Under the pieces are notes generated by a model, which saw nothing but the letters and a program-made list of their open reading frames with translations, made no database searches and was not told where the DNA came from. Below are positions 1 to 12,507 of a stretch of DNA of 64,000 nt, in pieces. Position 1 is the stretch's first letter. Each line of letters starts with the position of its first letter. The position numbers were made by a program, and so were the translations under genes. Source of the stretch: Blepharisma stoltei ATCC 30299 (lineage: Eukaryota; Protista; Ciliophora); NCBI GenBank assembly GCA_965603825.1, contig CBFDEM010000005.1, positions 558,001 to 622,000 on the forward strand, in the 5' to 3' direction.

Positions 1-1
1 C

Positions 2-424
2 CAAATAAGGCAAACCACCACAACAGATACATGTCAAACAGAGAAAAAATCATTTGAATGCAAAAAGAGCAAATATCGCTCTAAGGCCAATAAAGAAAAC
101 CGATCTTCAATAGATCAAAGCAGAATTGATGCAATAAAAAGGGCGAAATACACAAAAGATGTAACCCCAATTTTAAGAAGTCCAGGATTTATAGAGCTTA
201 ATCTTACAAATGTCCTAGATATTGAAGAATTGCGAAGTGAGCTGAACTCAAGTATAACAGTTCAGACGTCTTCGAATTTCCAATCAAATCCCCAAAGTCC
301 AAGCTTTTTTGGAGTTTTAGACTTAGACTCTACAAACTCTTATCTCAAAGGAATTTCCAGCAACATTTCCAAAGAATCAGTCAACCTTGTTGAAAGAATT
401 CGCAGCAAAACTATCAGTCAATAA
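2..424 (+). CDS. 3' part of a hypothetical Ser/Lys-rich protein (start upstream of window)
   Basis: Frame is open from base 2 to TAA at 422-424; no recognisable domain. Confidence 0.6.
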   Translation, partial: QIRQTTTTDTCQTEKKSFECKKSKYRSKANKENRSSIDQSRIDAIKRAKYTKDVTPILRSPGFIELNLTNVLDIEELRSELNSSITVQTSSNFQSNPQSPSFFGVLDLDSTNSYLKGISSNISKESVNLVERIRSKTISQ

Positions 425-464
425 ATTATTTTGTAATAAATTAGTCAACTATTATACCAAATAT

Positions 465-1610
465 TTAAGGCGGCCCCTCTGCGAAATGGTGGTCTTCATC
501 TTTTTTCTCTTCTTCAGCAGGCTGGTTTTGATTAGCTCCTGGCTTTGCAGCTTCATCGTCCAGATCTTTGGTTCTTTTAAATTTAAGCTTTCTGTACTCG
601 TGCCTGTTAGGCATCACATAAAGCATCAAAAAATCGACGATTCTTGGTGTAATCGTCGTCAAAGTAACAGCTGAGCTTAAGTTTAGAATAATCGAGTTTA
701 GTGTCAATGCATAAGCTTTTCCTGTACTTAAAAGCACGAATTTAATGCCTGTACTATTTCAGTGGTCTCGATATTTAACTCCTTCTTCTTCATAGTAGAT
801 GTAGCGACTATAATAAAACCCAATAGCTTCTCCTCCAGTGACATTATCCACCCTTTCTGCTGTTACATCTGGGTCACAACTGGGACTCCATGTCGCATCA
901 CACTCCCAATGTAACTTTACCTTAATCACAGCTCCAGTATCCTTAATATCTTCATATTTGGTATCAGCTTTTTCAAGAATGTCACTGACAAGATAAGAAT
1001 TAGACCCACTGTTTGGATATACAATGGGATCTGTTTCATCAAATGTAGAAAATTCATATCCCGGAGCAAGTCTTATAAAATCCACATTTCCTTGAAACCA
1101 AATTAAAAAATTTTCAACCCCATCAAGCTCATAATCTGTATAGTTATATTCAGAACACCATGTCGGCTCATAACAAAAGCCTTCTGAAGTGCAGTTTCCT
1201 GTTTCCATGCAGTCTGAGTTGGAGTCGCATTGTCTATTGTAATCAGTGCAAGTTCCTATTACTTCTCTTATTCTCTCTCTGACCTTCGTGGAAATAACAA
1301 TTTGAGACGGGTCATATTGAGGATAAGCAATGTCAACAGAGTCTCAAACCCTGACTGTGCTGTTTGTAAGGGTTACTGCAGTTCCTGAAGCATAGATGAT
1401 AGCTTGGCCAGTTGAGTATTCGTTGTCTATGTAAGCTGCCATGATGACGATAACGTAGACTATGAAGTAAAGAAGGATTCCAAGGTTGATAAGGATTTTT
1501 ATAAGTCCTAAATATCGATCTTTAATGAGTGCCATGACTGGTGTCTCATAGCAAAATAGCTTATCGAGATCAGCTTGAAAAATATCTCGAAGCTGAAGTT
1601 TGAGAACCAT
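465..1610 (-). CDS. P2X-family purinoreceptor-like cation channel (381 aa)
   Basis: Three track ORFs join in frame through TGA=Trp (1344-1346, 759-761). N-terminal FCYETP (YxTxK-like), TM1, Cys-rich ectodomain (WECD...C), GIKFVLLSTGKA, TM2 ending IVDFLMLY, and C-terminal YRKLK (YxxxK) motif. Confidence 0.85.
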
Positions 1611-1797
1611 TTTTATAGCTGTTATATAGTAAAATGACTTGCAATTAATTTAAAATAGTAAATCTTGCTTCCTTTAGCCAGATAATCACTCTTTTCACGT
1701 TAAAGAGCTAAGAAATTATTAAATTTACTCGATAGTACGCTTTTTAAAAACTTAAATCGTTATTTAAGTCCAAACCTCAATTAGCAATCAAGGTCAG

Positions 1798-3000
1798 TTA
1801 ATTAGTTACAGTAGTTTGTATGTACTTCGGAATGTAAGCCAGAATTACAGTGATATCGTCAACTACTCCTCTCTCATGCGCGCTCCACCTCTCCCAAGCG
1901 AGTTGGGCAAGCTTTTCAGGAGCAGTTTTAATATTCCTTGAATTGGCATCAATAATGTCTATTGCTTCTTGGTTTCCCACAAACTCTCAAACTCCATCAC
2001 TACAAACTAATAAAAACTCGTCTTCTTCATCTAATTGATACTCTGACAATTCAGGCTCACATGACACTCCTATAGACTGAGAAACTGCATCACCTATAGC
2101 TCGGCTCATGCCAAGTCCTGGGTATTCTTTTCCTTTTAGATAGACTCTAAAAGGATGGTCTCTTGACTGCTTTTTAACCTCTCCTCCACACTTTTCAATT
2201 CTTTCCTTTTCGGTTAAGTTTTCTGGCTTGTGATCCGCTGTCAGCTCAATAGGAGTCAGTGTGGGTCCTTTTCTCCTCGCAATGATCGCTCTGGAATCTC
2301 CAACATGGGCGATATAAAGTTTATTGTCTCTGTAGTGAATTAAAGTAGCAGTTGTTCCTGAGTATTCACAGTCAAATTTGGTATCCTGGAGGTTGCAGGT
2401 GTTAATCAAAGACTGGTTACATTGTGTGAAAGACTCCTTCATCACTTGCTCCGGGTTTGCTTTCCAATTCGCATTAGAGAGCATAATAATAGGTAGTAGG
2501 GTGTGCACATAATTTGATATATCATGTCCATAAAATCCATGCCCATCAAATACGCCCAAAATAAAAGAAGGGCCATCTATGACTATACAGTAATCATCTT
2601 GGTTGGGACTTTCTGGCTTAAGACCCTTCTTGCATGTAACTGATATCCCAAGATGCAGTAAAAAATCTGTATGAGTTTTGTTCCCAACAATCCTTGATCA
2701 CTTCTCATCAAAACTTTCCTGGCGTTTCGTGGGCTCATTTTTGCTTTCCACGACATATCGTTCGTTTACCAAAAATAAGCTTCCTTGCTCAGGCTTTCCT
2801 TCAGTTGGTGGTCTGCTTTGACCTGAATGCAATTTAGCTAAAACCTCTAAATTGCCTTCAATTGAAGTGCGGGAGCTATTTGGAGCTGAGAGGATTGAAA
2901 GCCTTTGACGGCCTACGTTAGGGTTTGAGTTGGGCGGGGGGATAAGACCTGGAGCGATTTGTAATTCTTTTCGTGATTGCTTGTTGTAGCATGATCCCAT
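1798..3000 (-). CDS. Protein phosphatase 2C (PPM family), probable N-acylated MGSC start (400 aa)
   Basis: Motifs NQDD, GVFDGHG, SGTTA, HVGDSRA, DHKP, MSRAIGD, CSDGV-W(TGA)-EF, DDITV; in frame with two TGA=Trp. Confidence 0.95.
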
Positions 3001-4060
3001 TTAATATATTCAGGCTTTTTTTAATGCTATCAAAAATTGGAAGAAAGATTTTATCGTCAGAAGCTTATGAAAAAATCTGTAGGGAATTTTATATTTTATT
3101 TGCTCTACAATAAGGTGATTTGCTTTTTAATAGAAATAGGGCTTTTGAGGTCGATGGCAGCAATTTGGAATATTATGGCCACACATCTTATAAAAATGTT
3201 TCAATTTTCATACATAAATTGAGAATTTTTGTAGACTAAGAGACATTAAGTGATGATTGTGATGAATTAACTATATGGATATTATGGAAATAATTTTAAA
3301 GATTAATATTTTGTTAAATAACTCACAATAAAGTTATATCTTACATTGCCATGGCATTTTAATTAGTTAAGGTAAATTTAAGTATTTTAGTTATTTAAGA
3401 ATTGGCTGAGCTAATTGTTTGAGAAGATATTGAGTTTTAGTTTAAATAAAAAAAATGGATAAATTGATAATAAAAGATAATTAAAAGAATGGGAAAATAT
3501 AAGGATTATAAAAAGGCTTATTTAAGTTGATTCTCTTAAATTCATTATCACTTTCATAATTACAAAAATATTTACCCGGAAAAGTATAGCCTTCATAAAT
3601 TTGGGCTATAATAAGGCAATATTTTTAATTTATAAATCTTCGAATAAAAGCAGTCTCATTAACGAATAAGAGAAGTTAAAAATAGAAAGCCCGATATATT
3701 TGAATAAAAAAGTTTAAATCTTATTTTTTTGCAATAAATAATAAAGGATTTTCTCCAATCAAAAATAAAATAGCACATGCTAGCTTTAAGCCAATTATTT
3801 TTTTTAATTATTTAAATAAATAATATCACTAATCCGCTCAGGAAATTAAATATTTACCTAATTACAAGCTATTTTGTTAAAATCATAGAAAGCAATAATA
3901 AAAAAATCTGCAAATAAGTTAAAATCTTTTTCTTAATTCTTAAAGACATCTAAATCAAAGATTAACTGTAGTTTATAAATAGAGAATCATTCAGGGTCTA
4001 GATCTTTAAATATACCCTTCTTCAAACCCAAAATCAAAATATAATTCTTTTACAAATAAA

Positions 4061-5107
4061 ATGGCTGAGTGGTGCACTATAGAGTCAGATCCAGGCGTCT
4101 TTACAGAGCTTATCAAGCAAATCGGAGTAAAAGGGGCTGAAGTTGAAGAAATTTACTCAATTGATAATCTCGAAGACTGCAAACCCGTATACGGGCTAAT
4201 TTTCCTTTTTAAATGAATGTCCGGGCCCCAAAAGGAATGCATGGAATTTTATGACCCTGACTTATTCTTCGCGAACCAAGTAATTACAAATGCATGTGCA
4301 ACCCAAGCAATTTTATCCATCCTCCTCAACTCCAAACTTGACATAGGCCCAGAGCTCAGAAACCTCAGAGAATTCGCAATGCCACTAGACTCACAAACAA
4401 AAGGACTGACGATAGGAAACTCAGAAGTTATAAGGAACGCCCACAATAGTTTTGCCAGGCAAGAGCCCTTCGAATTGGTCAAGGTAAAAGCAACAGAAGA
4501 CGACGACGTTTTCCATTTTGTAAGCTACATCCCCTTTAATGGGCATATTTATGAGCTCGATGGCTTACAGCCAGGACCTATTCACCATGGTGAATGCAAT
4601 GAAGAAGACTGGCTCGAAAAAATAAAGCCAGTCCTTTTCGAAAGAATCCAAAAATACTCAGAAAACGAAATCAGGTTTACTTTGCTTGCAATCGTAAACA
4701 ACAAAAAAGAAATCGCAGAGGCTGCATTAAGAGAGCAGCAGTCCCACATTTCAGCGATCCAAAGCAAGCTGATGTCATTAGGTGTAGAAATCGATAGCAG
4801 CTATATGGAAATCGAGTTCGATGAAGACTATTTCAATAACTTGCCTGATGACATAAACCAGCTGCAGTCAGAACTGTATGCGAAGCAAGAAGCCGCCAAA
4901 CAGCAGCAGAATATCGTGGAAAATGAGAGCTTTAAGAATAAGAAGTGGAAGGAGGAAAATGTAAGAAGAAGACATAATTACATACCGTTTATTCTTGCAT
5001 TGCTGCAGAAGTTGGCTGATAAAAATCAGCTGATTCCTCTGTTGGAGCAGGCGAAAAAGAAAAAGAAAAGAGATAACCCTGAACAGCAAGAGGCATTAAA
5101 TAAGTAA
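4061..5107 (+). CDS. UCHL5: Ubiquitin C-terminal hydrolase UCH37/UCHL5 (348 aa)
   Basis: [25 protein letters not shown](TGA 4214-4216), [24 protein letters not shown]-terminal [12 protein letters not shown]. Confidence 0.95.
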
Positions 5108-5110
5108 TGA

Positions 5111-7258
5111 TTAATCTAAATTTCCCCCTACTCTATTACCAGAATATTGAACACTGAGGTTTTGAGTGACTCTAGCGTAGAACTCTGGATAAGTTATATG
5201 TGGCACTGTAGCGTCTTCAACTAATTTTGAAAAGAAACTAAATGATTTTTACCTTTGCTCTCTAGCATCGCCATTCATAAATATTGATAACCCTTGGAAA
5301 ACTCCGCAAGACCATTTGCATGATCTGATAAACTCGAGCAGCTCAGGGTCTGCAATATCTTGGCTTGTGTACAGAAAATGAGAAGCCTCTTCGATTCTTC
5401 CTAGAATTTGTTGGATCAGACTAGGAGGTGCTTCTCTCCCATATATAAAAACTTACCTATCCATATGAACATCTCAATTCCTGTGTCCAATAAATAAGCT
5501 CCTCTTCCTTCCAAATAGCTAAAACTGAGATTCAGAGGAGTGAAATCATATCCCATATGAAGAGGATACAGCCTTGGATAACTAATGATGGAAGTGGCTG
5601 TAGCACTTCAAACATCTAATTTGTACCTTAAAAAATTGTAGATGTCCAAGTTGATGTTGTCTATAATAATGCTTACATTGCATACTTTCAAAAGTAAATA
5701 ATGGAGTCTTGATCATCCCAAGCATACTGACAATAAATATATCTAGAGATTTCGGAATTTCTCCAAAAAGGTTCAGCCCTGTCGTCACTATTTCTCTGCA
5801 CCTATGCTCCATAATTCTTTTACCCAGCTCAATTTTATTTGTTTGTGAAACCTGGTCTACAGCTTGTTTTGAAATCAAGTTAATCATTGCACTTGCGTCA
5901 ATTGCATTATACAGATCTTTCATATCATTAGAAGCTGGCACAAGAAGATTATGAATTCTGATTTTTCTTTCTCCATTAGACGAGGTATAAAGAATTCCCA
6001 TTTGAATATATAGCTTTTTACTTGACGCAATGTTGTTCTCAAGCTGTATCACATAAGTCATAGTCTGTGAGTCATTTAATGCAGGAATAGACAGCACATC
6101 TCCGCTTCTCAAAGAAAAATGCCCATAGCATTGTGTTACTTTATAATCCCTGCTGATCCTAAGTTTCATGGCGCCTTCCCAAAACGTTTCTCGATTCACA
6201 CTTGCTCATATTTCGTTTTGGAGCTTTTCTTCTCCTTGCTTTTTGGTAAAGTGGGAGTAATAATATACTTCTCCGCCTGTGAATTTTGAAATAGTCCCTA
6301 AGGTAAAGAGATTACAATATTGGGCTGCAGATATAAAGGTATCAACACTGATGCAAGCATGATTAAATTCGTTAGCCATTACTTTGTAAATCTCAGGAGT
6401 TGAGCTTAAAATCATTTCTCTGGGATGTCCAGCTTCAAGATGTGTGTCGCTTTGAAAAAGAAGAACCTTTCCACCTTGATCTTTTAATAGCAAATATGCA
6501 GCCTTAAGAGCGTTTCTATATGCAATAGATTGAGGAGCTACTGGAAGTGACTGAAGCTGAGTCAATGCAATCGCTGCATTTTTGCCACAATCTTCTAAGT
6601 TTACCATAAACTGTTGTTTTGGCACTGGCAGTTCGATTTCTGTATATTCTTCACTCACAGTGAAAATAGTCGGATTGCCAGAAAGAGATACAAAATGCAC
6701 AGATGTGTCGAATCCAATTATCCCAATCTCAGTCCTAGGCATCCCAGGGAACTCCTCATTTGCTATCAAAGACTGTATTGTTTCACAGACAACTTCCAAA
6801 AATCCAGTTTCCTTGCTTCTCTGAGAGATATCGATAACAAATAAATATGCACAAGCCATAGGCGCTTTTGCAATATAAGCTTCCGGAGCAATCGCTTCAT
6901 ATGAACAATTATTAAGCTCTGGTCGTTTACTTAAATCTGATCTTTTGCCATTTTCATCTAAAGGAGCGAAATATCAAGCTGGCACTTTATTTATCCCAGT
7001 ACAATAATTGCATCTTCAATGCTGCCCGCCACCTAGAAATTCTACATAAGGGTTGATGTAACTTTTACAATGTCCACATCGGATTACTTCTTCATCGCTA
7101 AATGCCACTTCTGGAAGGGGTTCTTCATTTTCAAGAAAAGGCTGGACTATGACTCCGAACGACAGCAGACAATCCCTTTCTAGCATTTTTGATATTGGAA
7201 AACACCTAGTCGTTGGTATAAGATAAGGCTCAGAGCTTCTACCTATAGAGTTTTCCAT
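5111..7258 (-). CDS. SEC24: COPII coat subunit Sec24 (3 tiny introns, ~699 aa)
   Basis: Zn finger RCGHCKSYINPY...W(TGA)RCNYC, RPEL, trunk YLFVIDIS, beta-barrel LYTSSNGERKIRIHN, YPRLYPLH, gelsolin-like YLLDTG, LVED; introns at 5661-5676, 5440-5456 and 5238-5252. Confidence 0.92.
5238..5252 (-). other. 15-nt spliceosomal intron (GTAAAAATCATTTAG) in Sec24
   Basis: Removal deletes an in-frame TAA and restores QSFFSKLVED. Confidence 0.85.
5440..5456 (-). other. Probable 17-nt non-canonical GT-TG intron in Sec24 (alternative: 23-nt GT-AG, 5434-5456)
   Basis: Strong GTAAGT donor; a 3n+2 removal is needed to continue Sec24; 17 nt gives FIWIGREAPPSLIQQILG. Confidence 0.55.
5661..5676 (-). other. 16-nt intron (GTAAGCATTATTATAG) in Sec24
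   Basis: Removal restores the frame leading to YPRLYPLH. Confidence 0.85.
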
Positions 7259-7269
7259 TATTAAATAAA

Positions 7270-8016
7270 CTATTTTTTAAGCATGTCAACCCTCGCAAAA
7301 ATTTCCTCGTCTTGTTTTTTCAGCTTTTCTTGGAATTCTGCCTGGAAATTCTTCATTTCTTGGGCAATTTTGTACCCAACTTGATCAGTGATCTCTTCGC
7401 ATTCTTCTTCAATGGTTTTTGTTTCTTCTTTCGCTAATTCTACATCCTCATGAGCTTTTATATAAGGACTTAAAAAAGCAAGGGAGTGAGGATCGATTTC
7501 TTTGCCTTCTTCTAGATTGAGAACTATAGGGAATCTTCCATTGAATTCAGTTTTGCTTGTAAGCATCATGTCTGTTTGGTTGCTATATGCAAATTCATAA
7601 AGACTATAATGCCGTAGGAAAGAGTCGTGGTAAAAATCGATGATTGATTTTATTTCATGCTGAGAAAATACTTCAATACTGTATGGAGGTCTCTGAATGG
7701 AATGCTGAGAAAGAATTTGCTTAAGATGGCACAATAAAACTGCTTCAGTGCTGCGGAGATTTAAAAATTCATTGAGCAGGGAATCAAAAATTCCAAGAAG
7801 ACAGGAAGTTTTTTCTAATGAGTAGCTGTGAGAAGTGCAAAATCTTAAGCTGTTGAGATAGAAATCAATTAAAATTTCGTTTTTTTCATCTGTTGAATTC
7901 AGTTTGAAAAAATGTTTTATTATTCCTCGGAGCTTGATTATGTCTGAAGTGTTGGTTAAGTCTTCAGTTTGAGTTTTAGAGACTACTTTAAATACAAAAA
8001 AAGGAGTTTCAGACAT
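7270..8016 (-). CDS. CFAP119: Ciliary central-apparatus protein CFAP119/CCDC189 (C1a-32 family)
   Basis: HSIQRPPYSIEVFS...FLRHYSLYEFAY matches the recalled family signature; C-terminal coiled coil. Confidence 0.75.
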   Translation of the reverse strand: MSETPFFVFKVVSKTQTEDLTNTSDIIKLRGIIKHFFKLNSTDEKNEILIDFYLNSLRFCTSHSYSLEKTSCLLGIFDSLLNEFLNLRSTEAVLLCHLKQILSQHSIQRPPYSIEVFSQHEIKSIIDFYHDSFLRHYSLYEFAYSNQTDMMLTSKTEFNGRFPIVLNLEEGKEIDPHSLAFLSPYIKAHEDVELAKEETKTIEEECEEITDQVGYKIAQEMKNFQAEFQEKLKKQDEEIFARVDMLKK

Positions 8017-8028
8017 ATTTTATAATTA

Positions 8029-11000
8029 TTAATTTTCGCTCGCGGACTCATCTTTTGGCCGCTTTTTTTCTTGCTCTCTTTTTGATTTGTTTTTCAGCAG
8101 CCTTTCTGTTAGTTTTTTCCTTTTCTCTGCCATTTTTGCTTCTTCTTGCCGCCTTTTTTCTTCTTCTTGCTTAGCCATTGTTTCTTTTTTGCTTAACTGC
8201 TCCTTAAGATTATTTTCTAGCTTTTCTTTTTCTTTTTTAAGGAACCTTTCTCTCTGCTTTCGCTTTTTTTCTTCTTCTTGCTCTTTAAGCTTGTTCTCTT
8301 CTTCTTCCTTCTTTTTGTTTTCTTCTTCCTTTTTAATTTTCCACTGTTTTATTTCTTCCATCCTTTTTTCTGATAAAATAGCTTCTCTTTTCTTTTTTGA
8401 CATAATCTCCTCTTCTTGTTTTTTCTTAGTTTCTTCCTCTTTCCTCTGCTGGCTTACCTCATTTCTTTTTTTCTTTCATTCATTTATCTCAACTTCCCTC
8501 CTGCTTTTTTCCAACTCTCTTTTTGCCCTTTGTTTTTGCCTTCTTAAAGCTTTTTGCTCTTCTTCTTGCTTTTTCTTTTCTTCTTCCTCCTTTTGTTTTT
8601 TCTCTTTTTCCTCTTTTGCTTTTAGCAGCTTTTCTTCAATTATTTGTTTTCTCAGGCGTCTTTTGCGTTCCCTCTCCTTAGATTCCATTTCTTTTTGCTG
8701 TATTGCCACTTCTTTTTGTATCATTGCTGTGTTTTTAATTTTCGGTTTTTCATTTCTGCTTACAAGCTGAAATGCGCCAAGATCAGTTGTATAAATCAAG
8801 TCATCAAGGAGTTTGGCACATTCATTAATTATATCATTCGGATACCTGCCTGATAGCCTTGCAACTTCATATTTTATTCCTGGAGTAAGTATTAATTCAA
8901 AAGGCAGAGCAGGAGCTTGGTAGGCTGCTTTAAATGATGACATCCCCATATATGACAGATTTGCTTTCGAGCTTGTTATCATACTTGTGTTATCTTCTAC
9001 AGGATAGAGCTGAGGCCTAGCTAGCACCCCTTTTGCTCTTACAACTGTTTTATATTTTATTTGAGGCTCTAAAATGTGTGTTCCAAACAGCCCACTTATT
9101 AAATCGTCCATCAATCCCAATACAACATTTTTGCTTTCAGGCAGCTGCAATGCTTCAGGGACTTCATAAACAATCTCGACATCTTTTTCAGTGACTCTTT
9201 TGTAGCCATCAGGGAGTGGAGTATTTGGGTCTTTTTGCAGAAGAACATTGAGTCTTTTAATAACGTCTCTATCTCCTACACCTGGGTCTGGCTCATCATA
9301 AAATCTAGTTGAAACGCCTTTATCTGAGCTTGACCGTCTAAAGTGGTCAAAAAGGGTTTTTACCGATACAACTGGAGCGTAATGGCTTAGATCTTTAGGA
9401 GGTCTTGAATAAATAAAAAGTGCAGCTTGGACGATGAGTTCTTGATACTCATTAAAATCTACCTTAATTTCGCTTTTTCTTTGTCTGTTGTGGCAATAAG
9501 TTTTCATCAGAAGCCCAAATTCATCTAAGCTCATCATTGAAGAAGTGACTCCTTGCTCTTTCAGAAGCTTATAAAATTCCCCTTCGTATAGACTGACACT
9601 TTTTTCAGCAGCAGTATCAAAGGTTTCTTTTCCAACCTTTTTTTTGGTATAGCCAGTGCTTGAGTATTTTCTGAACAGCAGCTTAAGCACCCTTGCATAC
9701 CTTTTTAGGATGATATTGATATTTTCTTGTTCATCTAGTGTCAGTTCTCTTAAAACATTATTGTTTTCTTCAATTTTTGACACTTCTGTAATTACTTCAG
9801 CTTCTTGGGGAACTTTGCTTGCCACGCCTAGCTCAATTCTTCTTTTCTCAACTTGCCGTTTGAGGGCTCTTTTTCTTTTAGCTAATTTAAGCTTTTCTTT
9901 TTCTTCTTGGACTCTTCTTTCTACTTCTTTTTCAATTCTCAGCTGTCTGACTTTTTCAATGTCGTACATAACTCTTCCTCTAGGCTGAATAGAGTTTTCT
10001 GAAGTGAATGAAGAGTTTGACCTGTACCTCTGCATCGGCTTTTCTTTATTTCTTTTCCTTCTTGGCTCCACTGGCTTCTCTGCCACTTCTTGTTCTGCAG
10101 CTTGGACAGCAACTTTTGCTTGCTCTTCTTCTGCTTTTTGCTTTTCTTGGAAATCGAAATTATCTACTAAAGCATCTGGCTCTCCTAGTAATCTTAAAAC
10201 TGCCAGTATCCCCTTGCTATTTTCTCCAGTCTGTGTTTTGATTTCTTTATTTGTTTCGAGCATTTCTTGCTTGATTCTGTCATTTAGGCTATCATTTCTC
10301 AATTTTATTACCCTTTGTATCATATCAAGCATTGCATTTTTCTGTTGAATTGATTTAAGATCCTTATCAACGACTTCATCGCTCTCTTTTGATTCTTCTT
10401 TTTCTTCCTCCTTTTTCTCTTTTGGCTTCTGCTTAGGCTTTTTCTTGGCTACTCTTGAGACAAGCTTCATTCCAAATTTGGTGAACCTAAACAAGTATTC
10501 TTGCACAGGGGTGTTATCTATGAATCTAGAAGCAGCAAGCATGAAAGGTATGGCTGCAGATTTTGAAAAAAGTGGCTCATTAATATAAATTTTACCTAAA
10601 ATGTCCATAACTTGGATAGCATGTTTGACAGTCAATCTTGGATGCTTAGCAATAGTGATGAGAAAGTCAAAATCCACAGTATTGAACGAAAGATCAGGAG
10701 ACACTTGAAGCTGCTTAACTAAAGGTTCAACCACAATTCCAACAGGAATACTTTGAATATTTACAAAGGTTGAAATAAAGTTGGCCAATATAAATTCTCT
10801 CACAAGCGGATCATCATAATTTTCGACCAATGAGAATGTTAGTGTTTTATATATGATAGGAGCATATGGATTTCGCTCAGCAGTAAATGCATCTAATAAA
10901 TGGAAAAGCTTCCCTAAACACCCAAACTTAAGGATTCTGTACTTATCACGAGCGCCACGCTTGATAGAAGTAAGAATTGAGCTTGCAAATTCTTCATGGA

Positions 11001-12507
11001 GCTCAATAGTAGTGGGGAGATAAATTCATATATCACACACAAAATTCAAGGCTGCAAGTCTGACATCTGGGGGCCTGCGGTTGTCGGCATCTGCTTCTCT
11101 TAACCCAAATTCCATTCAAAAGTCAACGATACCAGCGGTTACAATTTCTTGTTTAGCTGCTCTGATCTCACAAAGAGAAGGCAGAAACTCATTCATTGTG
11201 GTCAAATAGTGAATACTTTCAGGAATCTGACTTCTTAACTGTAAAGAAAAAAGCTCCAAAAAGTGGTTTCTTGCAAATTGCACAAAAACTGATACCACTT
11301 GAGATTTTATGTCAGGCCCATATCTTTTGCAAGCCAATAAGCAGCCTTCTATTCCTCCACCATCAGATACAAACCAGTCTCAAGCAGCAGGCAGCATATC
11401 ATATTCTAAAAAATCAGAGCCTAACTTAGCAAATAGCCTACAGCACCATAAAGCAGTTTCAATATGTTTAGAAATGAAGCCTGATTTGAGCGAGGATAGA
11501 ATCAAGTTAATCGAGCCATTTGCTTCTTCTTGGGCTATTAATTTTACTAAATGTCTAATATTAGCATAAATTGACTGATACCATGTGACTATTGGGTTAT
11601 GCTTCCCTCTAAGTCCTTTAGCTATCACATGAGCTAAATATTTTCCTCCTTGTGTAAGTAAACCTGCTGCCTGCTTCGGTTTAAGTTGAAAATGTTTACA
11701 GAAAGAAGTCAATAAAAATTCCAAACAAGTTTCACTTTTATCTAAAGCTCTTTCTGCGTCTATAGATTCAATAAAAAGGGCTCCATCAGGCCCTGCCCGA
11801 GCTTTTTTCGGCTTTGGAGCTTTGCTTTCAGCTCTGCTATTTTTAATATCAGGCAATTTTTCATCTCTTTTCATAGATTGACTGTTTTTGGTTGAAGATC
11901 TTACACTGCTCCTGATAATTTTTTCGCTTTTTTTTGAGTCAAAGCTATTTTTTAAGCTTTCTCGCTTAAATTTTGCGCTTTCGTTTATCTTGACCTCATC
12001 AATCTCATGGATTGACTGGTCCAATATCAATTCATCTACTTTTTTTTCTTCATTTTGCTTATCTCCTCCTGCAGATCCCATCCTAGGAGCGTCAATTTCC
12101 TCAAAAATCTGTGCCTTTGCCTTGTTTTCAGCGTCATAAATTTGTTGTAATACCTCGACGACCATGTCTCTGTCCCCAGCTACTATAAGAGCCCTAGTAT
12201 CTGGATCAACAGTTACTTTCAGCATTTCCAAAGCTTGACATAAAACTTTCCAATTGTAGAGTTTAGTGGATGCGTTTGTCACTTGCTTCAACGAGTTTAT
12301 TTCAGGCATCGGCGTTGTGAGTCGCTCCAATTTATTTTGAATTTGGTTGAGACGCTTTATGAGGGAAGTGAAATTTAGGCCATTTTCTAATGCTCGGGAG
12401 GTTTCTTGGTCCAACATGAATTTTCCACTCTCTGTTTGTGAGTGATTGTCTGCTAATAACACATTCGCTTCTTTAAGTCAAAAATAGAGTTCGTCGCTTA
12501 TTTCCAT
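8029..12507 (-). CDS. Large conserved-looking hypothetical protein (1492 aa): N-terminal CH-like domain, helical middle, long K/E coiled-coil tail
   Basis: ATG 12507 (MEISDELYFWLKE); four track ORFs join in frame via TGA; LYNWKVLCQALEML resembles CH-domain helices; no TAA/TAG until 8029. Confidence 0.8.

Noticed and set aside
8087-10348. Long plus-strand Phe/Ser-rich ORFs (also 14489-14869, 28978-29421 and others)
   Set aside because: Antisense shadows of Lys/Glu-rich coding sequence.
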